Positions 27,522-35,821 of a DNA stretch of 64,000 bases are shown one piece after another. Source of the stretch: Anaerolineae bacterium (GTDB lineage: Bacteria; Chloroflexota; Anaerolineae; B4-G1; DUEL01); contig JANXCY010000013.1 of NCBI GenBank assembly GCA_025060135.1, positions 2,203 to 66,202 on the forward strand. Reading direction: 5' to 3'. Made by a program: the position numbers and the translations under genes. The notes beneath the pieces are model-generated. The model was not told the DNA's origin and searched no databases. It worked only from the letters and a program-made list of their open reading frames with translations. The first letter of the stretch is position 1; each line of letters opens with the position of its first letter.

Positions 27522-27920
27522 ATGAAGGCATCTCGTTTACCTGCTTCGCCCGAGCGATACCCCTTAGCTCCTCCTGAGGAGACCAATGTGTTGGTATCGT
27601 GGGCCAAAGAACTGATCCGGCAACTCCGCCTGGCATGGCGGCTGTTCAAAGACCGGCGGGTACCGTGGGGGCTGAAACTGATTCCCCCGGCCGCGCTCAT
27701 CTACATCCTCTCCCCGGTGGACATTCTGCCGGACCTGGGCCTGGGCCTGGGACAACTGGACGACATCGCCATTATCCTTCTTGCCCTGAAACTCTTCATT
27801 GAACTGGCACCCGCAGAGGTCGTCCGAGAGCATCTGCGGGCCCTGGGAGCGAAAATCCGCGAATGGCCGGTAGAGGAACCTGCGCTCGTTGAGGGCGAAT
27901 TTGAAGTCCAAGAGGAATAA
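27522..27920 (+). CDS. YkvA/DUF1232 membrane protein
   Basis: D.RVPW..K, YILSPVDILPD...GLGQLDD. Confidence 0.85.
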   Translation: MKASRLPASPERYPLAPPEETNVLVSWAKELIRQLRLAWRLFKDRRVPWGLKLIPPAALIYILSPVDILPDLGLGLGQLDDIAIILLALKLFIELAPAEVVREHLRALGAKIREWPVEEPALVEGEFEVQEE

Positions 27921-27937
27921 ACGGCTCCAACAGCGTC

Positions 27938-27976
27938 AAAAAACTTCACTGCGACGGCTTTGCCGCCGCAGTGAAG
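27938..27976 (-). terminator. Intrinsic terminator of the hsp20 pair
   Basis: CTTCACTGCG/CGCAGTGAAG stem preceded by A6 on the plus strand. Confidence 0.7.
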
Positions 27977-28035
27977 CCGGACTTCCTGAGAGTTGGGATC
28001 TCGCAGCGGGGCTGGGACGCCCCCCTGCCTTTGTG

Positions 28036-28476
28036 TTACTTTGTTTTGACCTTGATGGTCTTGGGCTTGATCTCTTCCGCCTTGGGCAGCGTGAGGGTGA
28101 GCACGCCGTTCTCAAAAGTTGCCTCCGCCTTTTCCACATCCACCGGCACATTCAGCACCAGGGAGCGGGCGAAGGGACCATAGGGCCGCTCCTGGAAGAG
28201 ATATTCCACGTTGTCCAGCGGCGGTCGCAGTTCCCCCCGGATAGTCAGCGTGTCCCCCTGAATGGAGATGTCCACCTCTTCGGGCAACAACCCGGGGACC
28301 GAAGCGACCACAACGATCTCCTCCGGAGTGGTGTAAACATCCACCGGCAACCGCAGCGGCTCCTCCGGCGTGCCCCGCCGCCACGTGCTCCATGGGCGGA
28401 CAAACGACTCCTCAAACAGGCGGTCCATCGCTTCCCGCAGGCTCATGATTTCCCGAAACGGAGCGAAGAAAGCCAT
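28036..28476 (-). CDS. Hsp20/alpha-crystallin small heat-shock protein
   Basis: LREAMDRLFEESFVRP, ER.YG.F.R, A.FENGVLTLTLPK, C-terminal IxV. Confidence 0.93.
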   Translation of the reverse strand: MAFFAPFREIMSLREAMDRLFEESFVRPWSTWRRGTPEEPLRLPVDVYTTPEEIVVVASVPGLLPEEVDISIQGDTLTIRGELRPPLDNVEYLFQERPYGPFARSLVLNVPVDVEKAEATFENGVLTLTLPKAEEIKPKTIKVKTK

Positions 28477-28542
28477 CGCGCACCTCCTTTTTGTGGATTG
28501 GGAGATGGACCGGCGCCTCCGGGCGCCGGTCCGGCTCGGATT

Positions 28543-28983
28543 CTACTTTTTCGCCTTGATTTTGATGGTCTTGGGTTTGACCTCTTCGGCCTTCGGCAGC
28601 GTCAGGGTCAGCACCCCGTTCTCAAAGACGGCTTCAGCGTCGTCGGCGACGACCTTGGTGGGCAGGAGGAAGGAGCGGCAGAAGGAGCCGTAGTAGCGCT
28701 CGCGTCGGACATAGTGCTCATCCCGAATGTTCTCCTCCCGCTTGATCTCCCCCCGCAGGGTGAGCGTATCGCCAGTAACGCTGATCTCCACATCCTCCGG
28801 TTTCACCCCCGGGAGGGTGGCCTTCACCACCACAGCGTTGTCGGTCTCATACATATCTACGGCCGGACCCTCGGCCCAGCGAGAGAGGGCCCCCCAGGGG
28901 CGAACGAAGGACTCCTCAAAGAGCCGGTTCATCGCCTCCCGCAGGCTGACTAACTCCCGGAATGGCTCCCAGCGCATCAACAT
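28543..28983 (-). CDS. Hsp20/alpha-crystallin small heat-shock protein (tandem paralog)
   Basis: W.PFREL.SLREAMNRLFEE, ERYYGSF.R, FENGVLTLTLPK, C-terminal IKI. Confidence 0.93.
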   Translation of the reverse strand: MLMRWEPFRELVSLREAMNRLFEESFVRPWGALSRWAEGPAVDMYETDNAVVVKATLPGVKPEDVEISVTGDTLTLRGEIKREENIRDEHYVRRERYYGSFCRSFLLPTKVVADDAEAVFENGVLTLTLPKAEEVKPKTIKIKAKK

Positions 28984-29204
28984 GGCTCATCACCTCCTTT
29001 GCCCTCAGGGATAGAATTTAGGGAGGCATCCTCTCGGGATGCCTTCTCTCACCAATTGCGCCCTTATCATGCCACAGGCGCGTTAGAATTCCGCAAGAGA
29101 AAAATAAGAAAAGTGATAGAATTAGCAGACAGCGTGAGGGGGTGGAGCCATGCCGCCGGTGCTCTCTTTGGGGAATGAGGGAGGATAAAAATCTGACCCG
29201 GCTT

Positions 29205-29978
29205 TTATTCCCATCTCTTCATGAGGATCAGGCCCAGCAGGAATAGGCCACCCGCAACCAGAAAGGGGATGTACCCTGGATCCGACACCACCAGCAGGGT
29301 TACCATAGGCTGTCCTTCCCGAGCGGTGTACCCGGAGAGAAACACCGCCCGGCCCCCCAGGCTGAGGGGAGCGTTGGGGCGGATGGTCCCTTGCTGGGCC
29401 TCCCGACCATCCACCAGCACCGTGACCGCCACCCGATAGTCAGCGACGCTGCCATCGGGGTAGCGGTCTACGGCGATGCCGTCGTACCGGAGGGCCGGGG
29501 CACCCGGGCCCAGGGAAATGGTACCCCCCGGAGCAAGGGTCTGCTCTTCCCGCCAGCCAAGGCTGCTCAGCGCCAGAGATAGCAGTAGCAACAGAACCGA
29601 GAGGTGGATCATCAGGGTGCCCCAGTGAGGGACCGAACAGCGGTGCAGATGGAGCCGAAAGGCCGGCCAGCGGTTCAGCATACACAGGAGAGTTGCCGTG
29701 GCCAGAAAGGCTAAAACGAGGAGAAAAGGGGCCGAGGTGTACCACCGGAAAAGGCCCACCGCGGCCAGGAGATCAGTAAGGGGGCCGTAGCGGGCGCGTA
29801 CAGCCTCTTCCCAGCGGGCCAGCATCGTCGGGTCGCCCGCCGGACGCTGAGGGAAGCAGGACCCCAGAGCAGCCATCCCCAGGGCCAGCAGGAACAACCC
29901 GGCCACCCCTGTTGGGCGGCCGAAAAATCGGATCAACCTTCGCACCGGCATCCGAAACGGAGAGCCTTCACCGGACAT
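29205..29978 (-). CDS. Short cytochrome c biogenesis ResB/CcsB-like membrane protein
   Basis: ALGS.FPQ, LF.WY.S..F, LC..NR, HLS.LL, DY, I.PN.PL, DPG motifs. Confidence 0.65.
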   Translation of the reverse strand: MSGEGSPFRMPVRRLIRFFGRPTGVAGLFLLALGMAALGSCFPQRPAGDPTMLARWEEAVRARYGPLTDLLAAVGLFRWYTSAPFLLVLAFLATATLLCMLNRWPAFRLHLHRCSVPHWGTLMIHLSVLLLLLSLALSSLGWREEQTLAPGGTISLGPGAPALRYDGIAVDRYPDGSVADYRVAVTVLVDGREAQQGTIRPNAPLSLGGRAVFLSGYTAREGQPMVTLLVVSDPGYIPFLVAGGLFLLGLILMKRWE

Positions 29979-30025
29979 CGCGCGCAGGAAAGCAGGGGGA
30001 AACCTCGGGACTTCCGCCGTTACCC

Positions 30026-30049
30026 GTAGCGCAGGCCGCCTGGCCTGTG
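30026..30049 (+). repeat. GTAG-type REP-like palindrome
   Basis: GTAG-CGCAGGC-CGCCTG-GCCTGTG; a second copy lies at 41150-41172. Confidence 0.55.
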
Positions 30050-30217
30050 GATGCAGGCGAACCGCCCGCCCCGCGGACCTAAGAAGTCAGTGCACAACCG
30101 GTTCTTAATCGCCGCAAAGCACCCGTTTCCAGGTGCCCAACGGCGCTCCACCGCGCTCCGTGCCGGATCACGAAATCTTCACGCTATCGTGGGGTTACCG
30201 CGCCAGGCCATCCGTTG

Positions 30218-31147
30218 CTATTCCAGAATTTCCCAGACCACATACAATGGGCGGTTGCGAACTTCGTCGTAGATGCGAGCCAGGTATTCGCCCATGACAC
30301 CCAGGAAGAGGAGTTGCGTGCCGCTGAGGATAAGGGCTACAGTCAACACCACCCCCTGCCCGGCCAGAGGGGCCTGCCCGGTCAGCCGCAGAATCAAGAG
30401 GATCAGTCCCAACAGGACCCCCAGTACCAGCAGGATCGCTCCGAACGTCCAGGCCAGCCGCAGGGGGAGGTCGGAGAAGCCGGTGATAGCATCCAGCGCC
30501 AAACGGAGCATCTTGCGGAAGGGGTATTTGGTCTGCCCGGCAAAGCGGGCATGGCGATGGTAGGGAACACCGATCTGCCGGTAGCCCACCCAGCAGGTCA
30601 TTCCCCGGATAAAGCGGCGGTGCTCCCGCATGCGGCGCATCTCCTCTACCACCCGCCGGTCCAGCAGCCGGAAATCCCCCGCCTCCATCGGGATACGGAT
30701 ATCGGTCAGGGCGGCAATCAGACGGTAGAAGAGGCGAGCGGTAAAGAGTTTGAACCAGGTCTCCCCCTCCCGCTCCGAACGGACACCGTAGACGATATGA
30801 TATCCTTCCCGCCAACGGGCCACCAGTTCGGGGATGACCTCCGGCGGATCCTGGAGGTCGGAGTCTATGGTGACAACCGCGTCGCCCCGGGCATGGTCCA
30901 TCCCGGCCGTGATGGCGATCTGGTGGCCGAAATTGCGGGCCAACCGTACCACCCGCACACGCGAGTCCTGCTGGTGCAGGTCCCGGCAGATCGCGAAACT
31001 CCCATCAGCGCTGCCATCGTCCACCAGCACCAGTTCCCAGGACTCTCCCAGCCCCTCCATCACCGCCTGTACCCGGCGGTAGAACTCGGGGAGGGTTTCC
31101 TCTTCATTGAAGACCGGAGCCACAATGGAGATGCGCGGACTGGCCAT
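30218..31147 (-). CDS. GT2 polyprenyl-phosphate glycosyltransferase (GtrB/YkoT-like)
   Basis: PVFNEE, VDDGSAD, RNFGHQ.A, DSDLQDPPE, GDFRL; two C-terminal TM helices. Confidence 0.9.
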   Translation of the reverse strand: MASPRISIVAPVFNEEETLPEFYRRVQAVMEGLGESWELVLVDDGSADGSFAICRDLHQQDSRVRVVRLARNFGHQIAITAGMDHARGDAVVTIDSDLQDPPEVIPELVARWREGYHIVYGVRSEREGETWFKLFTARLFYRLIAALTDIRIPMEAGDFRLLDRRVVEEMRRMREHRRFIRGMTCWVGYRQIGVPYHRHARFAGQTKYPFRKMLRLALDAITGFSDLPLRLAWTFGAILLVLGVLLGLILLILRLTGQAPLAGQGVVLTVALILSGTQLLFLGVMGEYLARIYDEVRNRPLYVVWEILE

Positions 31148-31171
31148 CTATCACTCCCAGAGACGAGAAGA

Positions 31172-31760
31172 TCACATTTCTCCACAATGGGTGAGAATGC
31201 CGATGCCGGCCTCTTGCGCCTTTTCCTCCACACCGAGGTAGACCCCCATGGCGAACATATCGGGCAAGTAGGGCTTGTCTACGCCGTGAAGACGCAGTTT
31301 TTCCTGGAACGAAGGGTCCCGCAGGCACTTCATCCGGTCGCCCAGTTCCGCCATCCGTAGACGGCCCTGCACCTCTATCCGCAGCCAGTAACGTTTCCCC
31401 TCGGGCATCTCCACCGGCGCGGCCAGGTCCAACTTCCGTCCATCCCGATCGGGGTCGGACGATGAAGGATACGGATGCCCTTCTTCTCCGCCAGCACCCA
31501 CAGAACCTCTTCGGTATCCGTCAACCGATTGCCCATCTGGCGTTGGGCCTCGGCCAGGGCCTGCACTGTCTCCTCCAGCCGCTCCTCCGTCCGGCGCTGG
31601 GCCTCGGCCAGGGCGTTGATCGTCATCCCGACCTGGCGGACCTCGCCCCACTCGGGGCCTGGACGACTCAGTTCCTGGCAAAGAGCCTCTATTTCTTCTT
31701 AGAAAGCGATCTCACGGACTCGTTCTTCGGTAAGGGTAGAAACCTGCCCACTCAAGACCC
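31172..31760 (-). pseudogene. Disrupted coiled-coil-repeat plus PD-(D/E)XK-like protein
   Basis: LTEERVREIAF-TAA-EEIEAL...LAEAQRRTEERL..LAEAQ, then a frameshift near 31435 into KLDLAA...RIEVQGR...AQEAGIGIL. Confidence 0.6.
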
Positions 31761-31781
31761 ATAACGCCACCTCGGTTCCCA

Positions 31782-32708
31782 TTACGTTCCCACCATCAAC
31801 TCCACCAGGATCGCTTTCTGCGCGTGCATGCGGTTTTCCGCCTGGTCCCAGAGGACGGAGTGGGGGCCATCGGCGACGTCGTCGGTGATTTCCTGGCCCC
31901 GGTGCGCGGGCAGACAGTGCATGACGATCACATCGGGTTTGGCCTGAGCGACGAGGGCAGCATTCACCTGGTACGGCGGGAAAACCTTCGCCCGCTGGGC
32001 CGCCTCGGCCTCCTGCCCCATGGAGGTCCAGACATCGGTGTAGATAACGTCGGCCTCGCGGACGGCCTCTGCCGGATCGTGCGTGGCCAGGATATGGCTT
32101 CCACTTTCCATCGCGAACTTCCGGCCCAGTTCCCAGACCCGCGTGGGGAGTTCATAGCCGGGGGGAGTGGCAATCGCGAAGTCCATGCCCAACTTGGTTG
32201 CCCCAAAAAGCAGCGATGTCGCCACGTTGTTGCCGTCTCCGACAAAGGCCAGTTTCTTCCCCCGCAGGTCGCGGCCCTTCTTCTCTATGATGGTCAGAAA
32301 GTCGGCCAGCCCCTGGCAGGGATGGCTGTAGTCGGAGAGGCCGTTAATAACCGGGACCCGGGAGTACTCGGCCAGGGTGAGCAGGTCGGAGTGAGCAAAC
32401 ACGCGGGCCATAATCGCATCTACGTAGCGGGACAGCACCCGGGCAACGTCTGGAATGCTCTCCCGCACGCCCAACTGGATTTCGTTCGGAGATAAATACA
32501 GCGCATGGCCGCCCAGGTGCAGCATGGCCATGTCAAACGATACGCGCGTCCGCAGCGATGGCTTCTGGAAAATCATCCCCAGGGTTTTCCCCCTCAGCAG
32601 CGGGCGGTTACCGCCTCGCTTCCATTCTTCTTTTAGTTCTATGGCCAGGTCCAGGAGGTGCTCCATTTCCTGGGGAGAAAGATCGGCAAGACTGAGGAAA
32701 TGTTTCAT
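31782..32708 (-). CDS. argF: Ornithine carbamoyltransferase
   Basis: [50 protein letters not shown]. Confidence 0.93.
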   Translation of the reverse strand: MKHFLSLADLSPQEMEHLLDLAIELKEEWKRGGNRPLLRGKTLGMIFQKPSLRTRVSFDMAMLHLGGHALYLSPNEIQLGVRESIPDVARVLSRYVDAIMARVFAHSDLLTLAEYSRVPVINGLSDYSHPCQGLADFLTIIEKKGRDLRGKKLAFVGDGNNVATSLLFGATKLGMDFAIATPPGYELPTRVWELGRKFAMESGSHILATHDPAEAVREADVIYTDVWTSMGQEAEAAQRAKVFPPYQVNAALVAQAKPDVIVMHCLPAHRGQEITDDVADGPHSVLWDQAENRMHAQKAILVELMVGT

Positions 32709-32884
32709 CGAAACCTCCTTATCCATCGCAGACCGCAGGGAATAGGTTTCTGTACAGTATACCACACCTTCCGGAGACGGCCAAGTCCCCGTTCCCGCCC
32801 ACAACTTGACAGAACCTATTCTTTATGATAAAACCTCATTCGTAGCCATTCATGGTCGCTGTTCCGCCCGAGAAGGAGAACCCT

Positions 32885-33514
32885 TTGATCCAGATACTAC
32901 TGGTGGTAACCCATAACCCCGGCAAGGCACGGGAGTACCGGGCCCTGTTGGCCCCCCTCCCCGTTCGGGTGTGTTTTCCGCCCGACCTGGGGCTCCAGAT
33001 CAAGGTATCGGAAGACGGCGCGACGTACGTAGAAAATGCCATGCGTAAGGCTCGCGCCGGAGTGGAAGCCTCGGGCTTCCTCTCCCTGGCGGACGATTCC
33101 GGCCTGGAGGTGGACGCGCTGGGCGGCGCTCCGGGGGTTCACTCTGCCCGCTATGCCCCTGGCTCCGATGCCGACCGTGTCGCTACCCTGCTGACCCATC
33201 TGGAAGGTATCCCCTGGGAACGACGCACCGCACGCTTCCGCTGCGTGATCGCCATCGCGACCCCCGGGGGCGAACTTTACTTCACCGAAGGGACCTGCGA
33301 GGGCTTCATCGCCACCGCACCCGCGGGAAGCGGCGGCTTCGGCTACGACCCGATCTTCTACCTACCTGAGTTCGGCTGCACCATGGCTCAACTCCCGCCA
33401 GAGGTGAAGAACCGCATCAGCCACCGAGCACGCGCGGTGGAGGCCGCGCTGCCAATCCTGCGAGAACGGATAGCGCTCGGAAGACCCGAAACTGGCAGTG
33501 GCCATTCTGCTTGA
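32885..33514 (+). CDS. rdgB: Non-canonical purine NTP pyrophosphatase (RdgB/HAM1)
   Basis: THNPGK, ENA..KA, ADDSGLEVDALGGAPGV.SAR, GFGYDPIF, KNRISHR; TTG start after AAGGAG. Confidence 0.93.
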   Translation: MIQILLVVTHNPGKAREYRALLAPLPVRVCFPPDLGLQIKVSEDGATYVENAMRKARAGVEASGFLSLADDSGLEVDALGGAPGVHSARYAPGSDADRVATLLTHLEGIPWERRTARFRCVIAIATPGGELYFTEGTCEGFIATAPAGSGGFGYDPIFYLPEFGCTMAQLPPEVKNRISHRARAVEAALPILRERIALGRPETGSGHSA

Positions 33515-33609
33515 TACCTCAACCGGTGCTGCCGGCTGCAATGCGCGGCAGGATTGGACAAGCCTTCGCAGCGTCTTTGCGCCACCGTGGTTTCCGTCAG
33601 GAGGAATGA

Positions 33610-35025
33610 GTGTACGCTCTCTTTGGTACCGACGGCATTCGCGGTACGACCGAATTTACCAATGAACACCGTTCCGTGAAACTGACTCCCGAATTGGCCC
33701 TGCGTATCGGGCAGGCAGTGGGATGTACCCTCACCCCCACCCCCGTACGGGAGGGGGGGAGGGCCCTGGCCATCATTGGCCGCGACCCCCGTATCTCCGG
33801 TATGATGCTGGAAAGCGCGCTCACCGCTGGCTTGCTCGCTCAAGGGGTAGACGTTCTCCAGGCCGGGGTCATTCCTACTCCCGCCGTCGCTTATTTAACT
33901 CGCCATCTGGGGGCCAGCCTCGGAGTGGTCATCTCCGCTTCCCACAACCCGGTGGAGGACAACGGCATTAAATTCTTCGGCCCCGATGGCTACAAACTGG
34001 CCGACGCGCTGGAGGAGCGGATTCAATCCCTGGTGCTGGACCCGAAGCGTGCCTTCACCCCCCGGGATACACGCGCCCTGGGCCGTTCCCGTCTGGCCCC
34101 TGAACTGGCGGCAGCCTACGTGGACTATCTGGTGCGCTCATGGCGGGGGAAGCGGGACCTCTCCGGCATTCGGGTCGTCCTGGAATGTGCCAACGGTGCC
34201 ACGTCGTTCGTCGCGCCGGAGGCCTTCCGGCGGTTGGGCGCCGAGGTGGAAGTCCTCAACGGGGACCCCGATGGCCTCAATATTAACAAGAGTTATGAGT
34301 ACATAGAGCCCCGCACCTTGGCGGCCCGCGTGGTGGCAGCCGGTGCTCATCTGGGCGTCGCCTTTGATGGCGACGGCGACCGGGTTATCCTGGTGGACGA
34401 ACGGGGCGGGATGGTGGATGGCGATGGGATTCTGGCTCTCCTGGCCCGCCATTTCCACACCCGGGGATTGCTTCCAGTCCCCGTCATCGTGGCAACGCCG
34501 ATGAGCAACTTCGGCTTGCATGAATACCTCCGCCTCCTGGGCATTGAGGTCGTGGAGGCAAAAGTTGGAGATAAATTTGTTCTGGAGCGAATGCGAGAAC
34601 TGGGGACCGTCCTGGGCGGAGAACAATCGGGCCATATCCTGATTCTGGATCGTGACCAGACCACCGGCGACGGTATCTATACCGCACTGGTCGTTGCCGC
34701 TCTGGTAGTGGATGAGGCCGACGGATCGCTTTCCCGCCTGATGGCCGGCATTCCCCGCTACCCTCAGGCCATGGTCAGCCTGGAGGCGCCCCGCGTCTCC
34801 GTCCCGCTGACGGAGATACCGGAAATCCGCGCGATTCTGGACGACCTGCGGGCCCAGGCCGGAGAGGGAGCAGAAGTGCTCCTGCGCTACTCTGGCACGG
34901 AAGACAAACTCCGTCTCTCCGTCCGCACCCGCGCCGTCGGCGACCCGGCGATGCTGGTGGAGGGCACCCGGCGCGCGCTGGAGCAAATTGTTGCCCGGGT
35001 GCAACACGAAGCCTCCCGTCTGTAA
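33610..35025 (+). CDS. glmM: Phosphoglucosamine mutase
   Basis: LFGTDGIRG, ISASHNP..DNGIK, AFDGDGDR, GGEQSGH, RYSGTE. Confidence 0.85.
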   Translation: MYALFGTDGIRGTTEFTNEHRSVKLTPELALRIGQAVGCTLTPTPVREGGRALAIIGRDPRISGMMLESALTAGLLAQGVDVLQAGVIPTPAVAYLTRHLGASLGVVISASHNPVEDNGIKFFGPDGYKLADALEERIQSLVLDPKRAFTPRDTRALGRSRLAPELAAAYVDYLVRSWRGKRDLSGIRVVLECANGATSFVAPEAFRRLGAEVEVLNGDPDGLNINKSYEYIEPRTLAARVVAAGAHLGVAFDGDGDRVILVDERGGMVDGDGILALLARHFHTRGLLPVPVIVATPMSNFGLHEYLRLLGIEVVEAKVGDKFVLERMRELGTVLGGEQSGHILILDRDQTTGDGIYTALVVAALVVDEADGSLSRLMAGIPRYPQAMVSLEAPRVSVPLTEIPEIRAILDDLRAQAGEGAEVLLRYSGTEDKLRLSVRTRAVGDPAMLVEGTRRALEQIVARVQHEASRL

Positions 35026-35080
35026 CCGCACGCCGGTCTGGAACGGTTGGGCATAGGAGGGCCAGACGATGGCAGGAGCA

Positions 35081-35109
35081 TTGTCAGAACCCCTGATGCC
35101 AGGTATAAT
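35081..35109 (+). promoter_or_regulatory. Sigma70 promoter
   Basis: TTGTCA, 17 nt, TATAAT; SD AGGAGGT before ATG 35146. Confidence 0.65.
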
Positions 35110-35145
35110 TGCAATACCAGAGGGAATCTCCACAGGAGGTGAGCC

Positions 35146-35808
35146 ATGTTAGTCGGCGAACGAATGACCCCACGCCCCATCACGGTAACCGAGGATACCT
35201 CCCTCCCCGAAGCCCTGGAACTGATGCGGAAGGAAAAAATCCGCCGCCTCCCGGTACTGGATAAACACGGGAAACTGGTGGGTATCGTTACGGAACTGGA
35301 CCTGCTTCGAGCCTCCCCCTCCCCGGCCACCACGCTGAGTATATACGAGATGCCCTATCTCCTCTCCAAAGTCAAGATGCGGGAGATTATGACCCGAGAG
35401 ATGATCACGGTCACCGAGGATACCCCGATAGAGGAAGCCGCCCGCATTATGGCCGATCACAAAATCGGCGGCCTCCCGGTGATGCGCGGGGACAAACTGG
35501 TCGGCATCATCACCGAGACGGACATCTTCAAACTGATGCTGGAACTCTTCGGCGCCCGCCGGAACGGCATCCGGATTACCCTCCAGGTACCCGATGAGAA
35601 AGGCGTCCTGGCCCGGGTGACGGGCAAAATCGCCGAAATCGGCGGCAACATCCTCTCCCTGGGTACCGCAATGGGCGAAGACCCCTCCACCAGCACTCTG
35701 ATCATCCGGGTGGCCGATGTCTCAGAAGAGGCGCTGGTGGACGCGCTGAACAGCCTGGGCGGCGGTATCCGGGTTACTCATTCCCGCACCTGCCCCCTGC
35801 CTGTCTGA
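35146..35808 (+). CDS. CBS-pair plus ACT domain protein (AcuB-like)
   Basis: IRRLPV..GKLVGIVT, SPSPATTLSIYE, IGGLPV..LVGIITETD; ACT-type DEKGVLA. Confidence 0.88.
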   Translation: MLVGERMTPRPITVTEDTSLPEALELMRKEKIRRLPVLDKHGKLVGIVTELDLLRASPSPATTLSIYEMPYLLSKVKMREIMTREMITVTEDTPIEEAARIMADHKIGGLPVMRGDKLVGIITETDIFKLMLELFGARRNGIRITLQVPDEKGVLARVTGKIAEIGGNILSLGTAMGEDPSTSTLIIRVADVSEEALVDALNSLGGGIRVTHSRTCPLPV

Positions 35809-35821
35809 CCGATTCCAAACG

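Noticed and set aside
28036-28983. Nucleotide similarity between the hsp20 3' ends as a DGR template/variable repeat pair
   Set aside because: The differences are mostly synonymous, not adenine-specific, and no RT is present; this is ordinary paralogy.
29121-29148. CIRCE element upstream of the hsp20 pair
   Set aside because: The left arm TTAGCAGAC is partial and the right arm matches GAGTGCTAA poorly.
30020-30211. Minus-strand ORF of about 64 codons with one in-frame TGA as a selenoprotein; c-di-GMP-I/II riboswitch
   Set aside because: No SD, redox motif or recognisable family for the ORF; the riboswitch consensus fragments are incomplete or out of order.
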